Shown one piece after another: positions 1 to 8,457 of a stretch of 45,201 nt of DNA (positions are counted from its first letter, which is position 1; each line of letters starts with the position of its first letter). The position numbers and the translations under genes are program-made. Location: the sequence record NC_073088. The stretch is one strand, 5' to 3'. Origin of the DNA: Escherichia phage PC2. Below the pieces are notes generated by a model that was not told the DNA's origin, did not search any database, and saw only the letters and a list, made by a program, of their open reading frames with translations.

Positions 1-2292
1 ATGAAAGACTTCGAACGCCTTTTTCTCGATACCGAGACATTTAGCGGGGTGGACCTGAAGAAAGTGGGCGCATACGCCTACGCAGAGCACCCAACAACCG
101 AGATTATGATTTGCACCTACGCCATCGACGAGGGCCGCGTGCAGACATGGGATTGCACCGAATCCCCCACAATGCCGCGTGAACTGCGCAAGGCGCTCCG
201 CCGGGTGTCCCGCAAGAAAGCAAAAATCGTGATGGCTAACGGCCTCCTGTTTGACCGCCTGGTTATTCGCGAGAAGTGGGGCATTGACCTGCCAGTGTGC
301 CAGATCGAAGATACCATGATTATGGCCTTTCGACACGCGTTGCCGGGTAGTCTCGATATGCAGTGCCAGGTGCTGGGCGTTGACGCAGACCACGCGAAGG
401 ATAAGGCGGGCAAGGCGCTGATCAAACGATTCTGTAAGCCAACCCCTAAGACCTACAAAATCCGCCGCTACACGCGCGAGACGCACCCCGAGGAGTGGGC
501 TAAATTCCTGCGCTATGCCGCGTTGGATATCATCGCTATGAGGGAAGTCTATTGGCGCATACCGGACTGGGGCAACACGCCGAAGGAAGATGAAATCCTG
601 CTTATTGACCAGATGATTAACGACCGCGGCTTCTATGTGGACGTTGACCTGGCTAACGCCGCGATCAAAGCGGTGCAGGCGCATAAGGAAGAATTGAAGG
701 AAGAAGCGTGGGAGCGCTTCGGCGGTAAGCTGACCGGCAATGACTTTCTGCCAGCGCTGCGCGACCTCGCGCCTGCGTTCACGATCCACAACGCGCAGAA
801 ATCCACACTTAACGACCTGCTGGAAGACCCAGACTTCCCCGACGAGGGAAAAGCGCTTATAGAAATGCGCCTCGGGGCATCATCAACGGCATCGACTAAG
901 TACAATCCGCTCGTAAACGGGCTGTCTTCCGATGGTCGCCGTCGTGGGTGTCTCCAGTATGGCGGGGCAAAACGCACGCTACGCTGGGCGGGCAAAGGCT
1001 TCCAACCGCAAAACCTGGCGCGCGGCGAGTATAGCGACGACCACGAAGGGAAGATTAAGCGCCGTGATGGCGAAAGCGACGTCTCGTTTTGGGTGCGGTC
1101 GCACATGCTTACCAACGGCATCAACTCCCTGTTACGCGGGACCGCACACTGGGCGTATGACATATCGAAGTTAACGGCCTCGACCGTTCGCGGGTGCATT
1201 ATTCCGGCTAAGGGCAAGAAGTTTGTCGTAGCGGACTATTCCAACGTGGAAGGCCGCGGGCTTGCATGGATCGCTGGCGAGAAAACCGCGCTAATGGTGT
1301 TTAATGCCGATCGAGATATCTATTGTGAAACTGCCGGTAAGATGTTTGGCCTCGACCCGGAATACATCAAAGCCAACCGCAAAGACTTACGCCAGATCGG
1401 TAAGGCGTGTGAATTGGGACTGGGTTATGGCGGCGGCGTGGCGGCGTTCTTGCAGTTCGCTAAAAACATGGGTCTAGACCTGTATGCGATGGCGGACGTC
1501 ATGAAGGGTACATTCCCCGATCATATTTGGGCCGCGGCGAAACGTGGTTATGAGTATGCCCGCATTAACGAAGCTAAGCGCCCGCCGAAGCCTGGCAAGA
1601 AAGACGAGCGCCCAACTTACATACTGCCGAAAAACGTATGGCTGACGTGTGATGCGATCAAACGTATGTGGCGCGAGTCGCACCCGAAGACGGTAGCATT
1701 TTGGGCTGAACTGGAAGACGCGGTGCTCTGCGCGATCCGCAATCCGGGCAAAGCGTACTGGGCTGGCGCGAACGTTCGCCCGGATGGCAAGAAAGCGCTC
1801 AAGATAGTCCGCACGAAGGCGAAGCACGACCCAACCTTCGACGAGGAGCGCGACGACCCGAACGCCGCGGGGTGGTGGTTGAAAATTGAGTTACCGTCGG
1901 GGCGCATCATGAGCTACCCCGGCATCGCGCTGTCTGTCACGACCGAGATCGACGAAGACACCGGCAAGAAGCGCACCAGCACCCGCATTAAATATCAGGG
2001 TGAGAATCAGACGACGCGCCAGTGGGGATTCCAGTACACCTACGGCGGCAAACTGACGGAAAACATCGTGCAGGCTCTGTGCCGCGATATCCTCGCATGG
2101 TCCATGCCGGGCGTTGAAGCCGCAGGGTATGAGATCGTACTGTCCGTACACGATGAACTGATAACCGAAGTGCCGGATACCGACGACTACACAACCGAGG
2201 AGTTGTGCGCGCTGATGTGCGACCTGCCGGTTTGGGCGAAAGGCTTCCCGCTTGCAGCGGAAGGCGACATTATGTACAGGTACAGGAAATAA
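1..2292 (+). CDS. Family A (Pol I / T7-like) DNA polymerase with N-terminal 3'-5' exonuclease domain
   Basis: 763-aa ORF; N-terminal exo motif LFLDTETFSG; polymerase-domain motifs resembling T7 gp5 (QIGKACELGLGYGGG, SVHDELITEV). ATG at position 1. Confidence 0.9.
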   Translation: MKDFERLFLDTETFSGVDLKKVGAYAYAEHPTTEIMICTYAIDEGRVQTWDCTESPTMPRELRKALRRVSRKKAKIVMANGLLFDRLVIREKWGIDLPVCQIEDTMIMAFRHALPGSLDMQCQVLGVDADHAKDKAGKALIKRFCKPTPKTYKIRRYTRETHPEEWAKFLRYAALDIIAMREVYWRIPDWGNTPKEDEILLIDQMINDRGFYVDVDLANAAIKAVQAHKEELKEEAWERFGGKLTGNDFLPALRDLAPAFTIHNAQKSTLNDLLEDPDFPDEGKALIEMRLGASSTASTKYNPLVNGLSSDGRRRGCLQYGGAKRTLRWAGKGFQPQNLARGEYSDDHEGKIKRRDGESDVSFWVRSHMLTNGINSLLRGTAHWAYDISKLTASTVRGCIIPAKGKKFVVADYSNVEGRGLAWIAGEKTALMVFNADRDIYCETAGKMFGLDPEYIKANRKDLRQIGKACELGLGYGGGVAAFLQFAKNMGLDLYAMADVMKGTFPDHIWAAAKRGYEYARINEAKRPPKPGKKDERPTYILPKNVWLTCDAIKRMWRESHPKTVAFWAELEDAVLCAIRNPGKAYWAGANVRPDGKKALKIVRTKAKHDPTFDEERDDPNAAGWWLKIELPSGRIMSYPGIALSVTTEIDEDTGKKRTSTRIKYQGENQTTRQWGFQYTYGGKLTENIVQALCRDILAWSMPGVEAAGYEIVLSVHDELITEVPDTDDYTTEELCALMCDLPVWAKGFPLAAEGDIMYRYRK

Positions 2293-2570
2293 TGACACCA
2301 GAAGGCAAGGTCCAAACTCACTTGATGAGACGGGTGAAAGAGGTTGGCGGATTCTGCCGTAAAGTGGCGTGGGAGGGGCGCGCAGGTGCGCCCGATCTGA
2401 TCATCATCATCAACGGCAAGATAGTTTTCGTCGAAGTGAAGCGCCCAGGCGGTAAACCTAAGCCGCACCAGGTACGAGAACATGAGCGAATGGCCCGCCG
2501 CGGTGCGGACGTTCGCGTTATCGACAGCATAGCCGACTGTGATTTATTGGTTGCTGAATTGGTCGCGTAG
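2292..2570 (+). CDS. VRR-NUC family nuclease (PD-(D/E)xK fold)
   Basis: 92 aa; motif GAPDLIIII...VFVEVKRPGGKP (D...E.K); start ATG overlaps polymerase stop (TAATG); AGGA upstream. Confidence 0.7.
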   Translation: MTPEGKVQTHLMRRVKEVGGFCRKVAWEGRAGAPDLIIIINGKIVFVEVKRPGGKPKPHQVREHERMARRGADVRVIDSIADCDLLVAELVA

Positions 2571-2579
2571 CGGTATAGT
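2551..2579 (+). promoter_or_regulatory. Candidate promoter (TTGCTG-N17-TATAGT) inside the 3' end of the VRR-NUC gene
   Basis: Hexamers read directly; preceded by TTGGTTGC as in other promoters here. Confidence 0.4.
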
Positions 2580-2610
2580 GTGCCGGTTAGCCATATCGAG
2601 GATTTTAGAG

Positions 2611-2784
2611 ATGATTGAAGAAAAACGTTGCAGTAATTGCGGCTGCGTTAAACCGCTATCCCAGTTCCATAAATACACCGGTAAGACTGCGCGAAGCCCG
2701 GACGGGTATCGGGCAGAGTGCAAATCGTGCCGCAATAAAAAAGAGCGCGAACGGCAGCGCCGCTACCGCGCAGCGCAAAAATAA
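2611..2784 (+). CDS. Small Cys4 zinc-ribbon protein
   Basis: 57 aa with CSNCGC...CKSCRNKK; RBS GAGGA 7 nt upstream of ATG; terminator follows. Confidence 0.45.
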   Translation: MIEEKRCSNCGCVKPLSQFHKYTGKTARSPDGYRAECKSCRNKKERERQRRYRAAQK

Positions 2785-2791
2785 TTAATAC

Positions 2792-2815
2792 GGCGGGCTT
2801 GTCCCGCCATTTTTG
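2792..2815 (+). terminator. Intrinsic terminator
   Basis: GGCGGG-CTTGT-CCCGCC followed by ATTTTTGG, right after the zinc-ribbon ORF stop. Confidence 0.7.
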
Positions 2816-2827
2816 GGAGACATGACG

Positions 2828-3046
2828 ATGAAAGAACATTACCGACTCACCAAGCTGGGCGAATGCAAACCAGGCGATCGCGTATGGTTTATTGCGGGCA
2901 TGAATGACCCGCTGCCGTTGACGGTATGCTGGCAAAAATTTAAGAGCTTCCGGGCGACGGGTGTGCACATCGGGCACCGCACCAACTACGACGCCACAAA
3001 AAGGAACTGGAACAGTGAAACCGAAGTCTGGAAAAAGGCGGAATAA
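2828..3046 (+). CDS. Hypothetical protein
   Basis: ORF after GGGAGA RBS; start chosen at ATG 2828 (the ORF track opens at TTG 2813). Confidence 0.35.
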   Translation: MKEHYRLTKLGECKPGDRVWFIAGMNDPLPLTVCWQKFKSFRATGVHIGHRTNYDATKRNWNSETEVWKKAE

Positions 3047-3050
3047 AGAT

Positions 3051-4475
3051 ATGGCACGTTTCCGACGTCGCGAATATCAGAAGTTGATAACCGCGTTCAT
3101 CCTCAAGCATAAGCGCTGCAATATTTGGGCGACAATGGGGTCGGGTAAAACCGGCGCGACCATGTGGGCGCTGAATAAAATGTTCCAGACCGGCATCCTG
3201 TCCAACCAGGAGGACCGCGTACTGGTGCTTGCCCCGCTGCGCGTCGCATCGGGCACATGGCCCCCGGAACAAGAAAAATGGCGCTTCCCCGCCCTGCTGG
3301 TAGTAGACGGCACCGGGTCAGAGAAGGACCGCATCGCTGCGCTTGAGAGCGACGCTAACGTGGTTTGTGTTAACTATGATGTGGTTGAGTGGCTTGTTGA
3401 GTATTGCGGCGACGAGTGGCCCTTTACGGTCGTTGTTGCCGATGAATCCACTAAGCTGAAAGGCTACCGCAGCAAGCAGGGGAGTAAGCGCGCCCGCGCC
3501 CTGGCGGCGATCGCACATAAGCGCGTCAAGCGCTGGATTAACCTTACCGGCACACCCGCACCAAACGGGCTGAAAGACCTATGGGGTCAGACGTGGTTTG
3601 TCGACGGTGGCGAACGCCTCGGCAGTAGCTATAAGGCATTCACGGATCGCTGGTTTATTAGCAAGCCTGTTAAGCCTGGCAGCTTCACTATGCAGCACGC
3701 CCCGCTAAAGAACTCCGAGAAGGAGATCCAACAACGCCTGTCTGACGTATCCCTTACCGTTGACGCGGCTGAATACTTCGGATGTGACAAGCCAATCTAT
3801 ACTCCGGTTGTTGTGGACCTGCCGAAGAAAGCCCGCAAGATTTATGACCAGTTCGAAGCGGAGCTATTTGCCGAACTGGAAAGCGGAACGGTGGAGGCGG
3901 CGAACGCTGCTTCGAAGACTATTAAGTGCCTTCAGCTTGCTTCCGGGGCCGTGTATAAAGTCGACGAAGACGGCGAGCGCACCGACGAATGGGTGAAAAT
4001 CCACGACGCTAAACTGGACGCGCTGGAAAGTATCGTGGAGGAGTTGAACGGCGCACCGCTGCTCGTCGCGTACCAGTACAAGCATGACCTGGCGCGTCTC
4101 AAGAAGAAATTCCCTCACGGCGTAGCGATGGGTAAGGGTAAGCAAGGCAATAAGGATATGGAAGCGTGGAACAGGGGCGAGATCCCCATCATGTTCGCGC
4201 ACCCGGCATCGGCGGGTCACGGCCTTAACTTGCAGGATGGCGGACACCACCTTGCCATCTTCTCAGACACCTGGAACTATGAGCATTTTTCGCAGATTGT
4301 GGAGCGTATCGGGCCGGTTCGCCAGATGCAAGCCGGACACCCTCGTCCGGTATTCGTCTACATTATCCAGGCGCGTGGCACACTGGATGAACTTGTCGCC
4401 GAGCGTCGCGACAGTAAGCGGGATATTCAGGACGACTTGATGGAATACATGAAAGCTAAAAAGGCACGCAAATGA
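3051..4475 (+). CDS. SF2 (SNF2/DEAD-like) DNA helicase
   Basis: Walker A GSGKTGAT, motif II VVVADESTKLK, C-terminal motif HPASAGHGLNLQ. Start set at MARFRRREYQ; an alternative GTG start at 2961 exists. Confidence 0.8.
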   Translation: MARFRRREYQKLITAFILKHKRCNIWATMGSGKTGATMWALNKMFQTGILSNQEDRVLVLAPLRVASGTWPPEQEKWRFPALLVVDGTGSEKDRIAALESDANVVCVNYDVVEWLVEYCGDEWPFTVVVADESTKLKGYRSKQGSKRARALAAIAHKRVKRWINLTGTPAPNGLKDLWGQTWFVDGGERLGSSYKAFTDRWFISKPVKPGSFTMQHAPLKNSEKEIQQRLSDVSLTVDAAEYFGCDKPIYTPVVVDLPKKARKIYDQFEAELFAELESGTVEAANAASKTIKCLQLASGAVYKVDEDGERTDEWVKIHDAKLDALESIVEELNGAPLLVAYQYKHDLARLKKKFPHGVAMGKGKQGNKDMEAWNRGEIPIMFAHPASAGHGLNLQDGGHHLAIFSDTWNYEHFSQIVERIGPVRQMQAGHPRPVFVYIIQARGTLDELVAERRDSKRDIQDDLMEYMKAKKARK

Positions 4476-5182
4476 CTATTGCTAAAATGACAATCTGGTC
4501 ATTATTTGACGGCAGCGGCTTGATGATTGAGCGTGCTGCCGAGATGGGGCATAAGTGCTATTGCTTCAACTACTCCGAAGCCGATCACGGGTCGTACCTG
4601 GACTACCGGATCTATGGGCGCGGTATCCGATATCGTAATGAGTTTATCGATCTGGACTTCGTAGACCGCGCGATGAATGGCGATTTCGGTACGCCGGATA
4701 TCATCTACGCATTCCCGCCGTGTACGGATCTGGCGGTTAGCGGTGCGCCAGCGTTCCCGCGCAAACGCTCCCGCGACCCTGCCTTCCAGCTTAAGGCGGT
4801 GCGCACCGCGAAGATCGCCGCTTACCTGGGTGATTTCTTCGAAGTGCCATATATGATTGAGAATCCGCGCAGCGTGCTATCAACTCAATGGCGTAAGCCG
4901 GACCACTCGTTTGACCCGTGGGAGTATGGCGGATATCTGCCGGAGGATGACGTGCACCCGTTATTCCCGGAATACATCAACGCCCGCGATTCATATCCGA
5001 AGTTGACCTGCTTATGGACCGGCAACGGCTTCCGTATGCCAGAGAAGAAACCTGTTTTCGTTGAAAAAGGGTACTCGAAGCAGTATAGTCGCCTCGGAGG
5101 CAAATCAGCCCGCACAAAATTAATCCGGTCGCTCACCCCGCGCGGCTTCGCGATAGCGGTTAACGAGGAAAATTTAAAATGA
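4472..5182 (+). CDS. DNA (cytosine-5)-methyltransferase-like protein, short, no obvious target-recognition domain
   Basis: 236 aa; motif I-like SLFDGSGL, motif IV-like AFPPCTDLAVSG (PCT in place of PCQ), motif VI-like MIENPRSVL (ENP in place of ENV). ATGA overlap with helicase stop. Confidence 0.55.
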   Translation: MTIAKMTIWSLFDGSGLMIERAAEMGHKCYCFNYSEADHGSYLDYRIYGRGIRYRNEFIDLDFVDRAMNGDFGTPDIIYAFPPCTDLAVSGAPAFPRKRSRDPAFQLKAVRTAKIAAYLGDFFEVPYMIENPRSVLSTQWRKPDHSFDPWEYGGYLPEDDVHPLFPEYINARDSYPKLTCLWTGNGFRMPEKKPVFVEKGYSKQYSRLGGKSARTKLIRSLTPRGFAIAVNEENLK

Positions 5183-5502
5183 ATACTGCATTCGACGCCA
5201 TCGACTTTTCAGTGGCAATGACCAATCAGCTTTTTTCCTACGACAGCAAGACCGGCGTCATTCGCCTGAAGTCAACCGGCTGCAAGATTGGCAACCTCAA
5301 TACTGCCGATGGCGGTACTCGTATCGAATGCAACGGCAAGACGCTGTCTGGCGCACGCGTGGCGTGGATTATCGCGACCGGCAATACAATCCCACCAGGC
5401 TTTGCCGTTGTGTGCCGTCAGCGCACGCCAGGCCATTACGGCAACCGGATCAGCAATCTCTATTTGGTTGACGTAGCGCGCGATCCTAACTTTTATGCGT
5501 AA
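5179..5502 (+). CDS. HNH_3/NUMOD-like homing-endonuclease-related protein, probably degenerate
   Basis: 107 aa; pattern ...GY..IECNGKTLSGARVAWIIATGNTIPPGF...NRISNLYLVD resembles the HNH_3 layout but lacks the usual His residues; ATGA overlap with upstream stop. Confidence 0.35.
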   Translation: MNTAFDAIDFSVAMTNQLFSYDSKTGVIRLKSTGCKIGNLNTADGGTRIECNGKTLSGARVAWIIATGNTIPPGFAVVCRQRTPGHYGNRISNLYLVDVARDPNFYA

Positions 5503-5507
5503 ATTGG

Positions 5508-5536
5508 TTGCATAATCATATTGGTTGCATTATATT
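5508..5536 (+). promoter_or_regulatory. Sigma70-type promoter (TTGCAT-N17-TATATT) with two TTGGTTGCAT copies
   Basis: Hexamers read directly; TTGGTTGCAT at 5504-5513 and 5521-5530. Confidence 0.55.
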
Positions 5537-5538
5537 TA

Positions 5539-5563
5539 GGGTGTCCGGTCGGACGCCCTTTTT
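5539..5563 (+). terminator. Terminator-like hairpin plus T5 tract overlapping the start of the 5508-5536 promoter transcript
   Basis: GGGTGTCCG..CGGACGCCC followed by TTTTTAAT, 20 nt before the RBS of ORF 5583. Confidence 0.5.
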
Positions 5564-5582
5564 AATACCTGGAGACAACACG

Positions 5583-6047
5583 ATGAAAATTTTACAAGAA
5601 GAGAAAAATTACTGGGCCGCGCAATGCCTCGAAGCCCGCGAACAGGCCGAACGTGCGAACGCGCTGGCGGATACCTACCTGTCAAGCTATGAAACGGAAG
5701 AAAAGCGTCGCATAGAGTTAGAGGAGCGCTTCGAACTGCTTTTCGAACTGATGGGGATTATGCAGCGCACCGGATACACCACCAGCGTTGCACTAAACCG
5801 CGTCACCGCCGAAGGTCTGCGCGAGCACTGTAAACGTGCGGAGGAGTACGTGCGACCGAAGGGTCGCCAGTCTAAGGTTGACCGGAAAGACCTTGTGCTT
5901 ATGGCGTGGCGCAACCCTACAAACGGCAGCTTCTACCCGGACGCGCGCCCGCTTAGTGCTGAGGAGTCAAAGCGCGTGCAACGCATTCTCAAAACCGGCA
6001 ATAAAATCGCCCTGTATGCGATAGACACCGACCATGCGGAAGAGTGA
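5583..6047 (+). CDS. Hypothetical protein (predicted coiled-coil N-terminus)
   Basis: 154 aa after RBS GGAGA (7-nt spacing); sits downstream of promoter 5508-5536. Confidence 0.5.
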   Translation: MKILQEEKNYWAAQCLEAREQAERANALADTYLSSYETEEKRRIELEERFELLFELMGIMQRTGYTTSVALNRVTAEGLREHCKRAEEYVRPKGRQSKVDRKDLVLMAWRNPTNGSFYPDARPLSAEESKRVQRILKTGNKIALYAIDTDHAEE

Positions 6048-6519
6048 GCAAAAAGATAGCTGGCGCACGCCGCCAGCTTTATTTAAACCGCTGCGCCGAA
6101 AGTACCGATTCCGTTATGACATGGCGGCGAGCGATGCCAACCACCTGCTACCGCGTTACTTCACGGCGGAGCACAGCGCGCTAGATGTGGACTGGTCAGA
6201 GTTGAAAGGGTGGAAGTGGTGCAACCCACCGTATTCCGATCCGCTGCCGTGGGTCGAGTGCGCAGCGCATGGACGTCGGACCGTCATGCTACTGAATCAG
6301 GATACGTCGACTAAGTGGGCGAAACTGGCCCGGAAGACTGCAAACCTGATAATTCTTCTGGACTGGCGTATCCGATTTATTCACGCTGTAACTGGTGAAG
6401 TCGGGCCTAGCAATAACAAGTGCCAGCAATTGATAATCTTCGACGAAGCGCTACCCTTCGGCGGCGCACAAATTGAAATAATGAGCGAAGGAGAACTCCT
6501 TGAATATCTTAATCGTTGA
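6034..6519 (+). CDS. Phage Dam-like DNA N6-adenine methyltransferase
   Basis: 161 aa; WRTPPALF...DMAASDANHL...WCNPPYSD (NPPY catalytic motif), typical of phage orphan Dam methylases. Confidence 0.75.
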   Translation: MRKSEQKDSWRTPPALFKPLRRKYRFRYDMAASDANHLLPRYFTAEHSALDVDWSELKGWKWCNPPYSDPLPWVECAAHGRRTVMLLNQDTSTKWAKLARKTANLIILLDWRIRFIHAVTGEVGPSNNKCQQLIIFDEALPFGGAQIEIMSEGELLEYLNR

Positions 6520-6724
6520 CCGCGACCCCGCGGTAGTAGACCAAATGCAAAAAGACTACGGTATTGACCCGCGACGCGATCGAGTGGTGCGCGCGTCTCG
6601 CCACGAATACATCATGGGCCTTGACCTCACCGGTTGGCTTGTCATGACTCAGCGTTGCCATTTCGTGTGCAACTCCTTTACTGCGCGAAGTGCCCGTTAC
6701 ACCCTTATTGAGAGTTTAAAATGA
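6500..6724 (+). CDS. Hypothetical small protein
   Basis: 74-aa ORF with non-ATG start after AAGGAG; start uncertain. Confidence 0.3.
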   Translation: MNILIVDRDPAVVDQMQKDYGIDPRRDRVVRASRHEYIMGLDLTGWLVMTQRCHFVCNSFTARSARYTLIESLK

Positions 6725-7191
6725 AATTATTGATTTGCGATTTGGATGGCGTTATTAACGGTTCAAGCGATGCGCGTGCCGACCTGGTACCTGGGATAAA
6801 AACTAAATCCACCTTTTGGGCGAAGTGGCACAAAGCGCACGTCCGCGAAGACCTGAACATGGATATGCTGCCGTTGTTGCGCATGTATAAAGAGCAAGGC
6901 TTCGAGATCGCGTATCTGACCAACCGGCAGCGTGAATGTTGGGACACCACCGCGGAGCAATTGAAGGTCTTCCCAGTAGGCCGGTTGTTTATGCGCCACA
7001 TGCTGGACGACACCCCGCCGCCTGAGTTTAAGGCGTGCGCCGTGTTCAAAATGGTCTGTTACGCGGACGTGTCTGAACTGGTCATCATTGAAGATTGCGA
7101 GAAGAACATCGCGGCAATTCGTCGGGTGTGTGGTGATTTGGTCCCGAAAATTTACGCAATAAACGTTGCAAAATTCACTTGCAACCAATAG
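6721..7191 (+). CDS. HAD-superfamily phosphatase-like protein (possible polynucleotide 3'-phosphatase or nucleotidase)
   Basis: N-terminal HAD motif I LICDLDGVI; ATGA overlap with upstream stop. Confidence 0.55.
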   Translation: MKLLICDLDGVINGSSDARADLVPGIKTKSTFWAKWHKAHVREDLNMDMLPLLRMYKEQGFEIAYLTNRQRECWDTTAEQLKVFPVGRLFMRHMLDDTPPPEFKACAVFKMVCYADVSELVIIEDCEKNIAAIRRVCGDLVPKIYAINVAKFTCNQ

Positions 7192-7208
7192 GTTGGTTGC
7201 ACTATAGT
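7179..7208 (+). promoter_or_regulatory. Sigma70-type promoter (TTGCAA-N18-TATAGT) containing a 9-bp-arm palindrome
   Basis: TGCAACCAA-TAGG-TTGGTTGCA at 7180-7201 lies in the spacer; overlaps the HAD gene stop. Confidence 0.5.
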
Positions 7209-7254
7209 AAACGTGTCGGGGGCAATACAGCCCCCTCACTAAAAGGGTAATACT

Positions 7255-7809
7255 GTGAAAGCATACGAATACTGCAAAAACGCCGCCACCACTATGGAAC
7301 AGCGCGGGAAAGAAAACGGCTATGACAACGCGAAAGAAGAACGCAGCGCTAAACAGGTCGCCGCCGTGTTTAACGCGCTTACCGGGCGCGACCTTACCGA
7401 GCAAGAAGCCTGGACCTTCCTGATCTGCCTGAAGCTGGTGCGCCAGCACCGTAAGCACCAGGAAGATAACATCGTGGATCTGGTGGCGTATGCCGCCCTG
7501 CTGGGCGAGTCTTACATGACAGTACATGACGAGATTCAGATCGATACAACGGCAGCACAATTCGACAGCCTCAAAGGTCTGTCCGTGCGCCTGGACGGCG
7601 AGATTAATGCGTATAACAGCGCAATTCGCGTTGCAGAGGACACGGTAGCCTCGTTCGGCAAGACGGTTAAGGCCCGCGATTTTGGAGTTGAAGCCCAGGA
7701 CGTCCAGCCTATGGTCGTGCTCACCGGCGAAGACGGATCGAAAATCTGCATGACGCAGGAAGATTTCCGTAACATGGAAAAAACACTGGTGACTGGCGCA
7801 CTTAAATAA
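7255..7809 (+). CDS. Hypothetical protein
   Basis: 184 aa; GTG start after promoter 7179-7208 and a GC hairpin. Confidence 0.45.
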   Translation: MKAYEYCKNAATTMEQRGKENGYDNAKEERSAKQVAAVFNALTGRDLTEQEAWTFLICLKLVRQHRKHQEDNIVDLVAYAALLGESYMTVHDEIQIDTTAAQFDSLKGLSVRLDGEINAYNSAIRVAEDTVASFGKTVKARDFGVEAQDVQPMVVLTGEDGSKICMTQEDFRNMEKTLVTGALK

Positions 7810-7850
7810 TTTAATCGCGGGCTTCAGCCCGCATCAATGAGGGATTCACA

Positions 7851-8426
7851 ATGTACGGCGAATATGAAATAACCGGTAAACAATTCCACCTGGCGGCAAT
7901 GATTGCAAGCATCGAGTTTGAACAGTGGCGCTTAAAGTCTGACGCGTGCAAGCAAAGCAGACTCGTCGGTGTGCTGGGCGAAATGTTTGCGGGCATGTAC
8001 CTCGAAGGGCAGGCGGGCGGTCGTAGCTGTATCCCACAAGGCTTGCTTATGCGTACCGGCCTGTTTAGCGCTAACACTATCGACCGCGGCGATATTATCA
8101 TGGTTGGCAAGCGCAAGGTTAAGTCCGGTCCTGATTTCCGCGAGCATACGATCGATGCCGTATGGACATACGAGGTTAAAGCCACCAGCGGCATCCGTCG
8201 CGGACTGGTAGAGGCCCGTTGCGCTCGCGAGTATCTGACCCGTCGCGTTGCCGGTGTTATCCTGGTGGGCGTAGATTTCGGACAACATAGCGCGCACGGT
8301 GTGATTGAGGATATAGCAGAGCCATACGTGATCGTGAACGACTGGCCTTTAGTGGAAGTTGACGGTAAGGAATACTACGAAAGCCCGCTGGTGCGGCGCA
8401 AAATGGATTGGGAAAACTCAAACTAA
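7851..8426 (+). CDS. Hypothetical protein (possible PD-(D/E)xK-like nuclease)
   Basis: 191 aa; RBS GAGGG; weak D...E.K pattern (GDIIMVGKRK...WTYEVKAT); followed by a bidirectional terminator. Confidence 0.45.
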   Translation: MYGEYEITGKQFHLAAMIASIEFEQWRLKSDACKQSRLVGVLGEMFAGMYLEGQAGGRSCIPQGLLMRTGLFSANTIDRGDIIMVGKRKVKSGPDFREHTIDAVWTYEVKATSGIRRGLVEARCAREYLTRRVAGVILVGVDFGQHSAHGVIEDIAEPYVIVNDWPLVEVDGKEYYESPLVRRKMDWENSN

Positions 8427-8457
8427 AAAAAAAAGGGGCCATAATGGCCCCTTCTCG
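8425..8457. terminator. Bidirectional intrinsic terminator between the convergent plus arm and the tail fibre gene
   Basis: GGGGCC-ATAAT-GGCCCC flanked by A10 on plus (T10 on minus). Confidence 0.8.

Noticed and set aside
7816-7832. Hairpin GCGGGC-TTCA-GCCCGC after ORF 7255-7809 as an intrinsic terminator
   Set aside because: No U-tract follows (ATCAATGAGGG); more likely a stabilising hairpin or processing site between co-transcribed genes.
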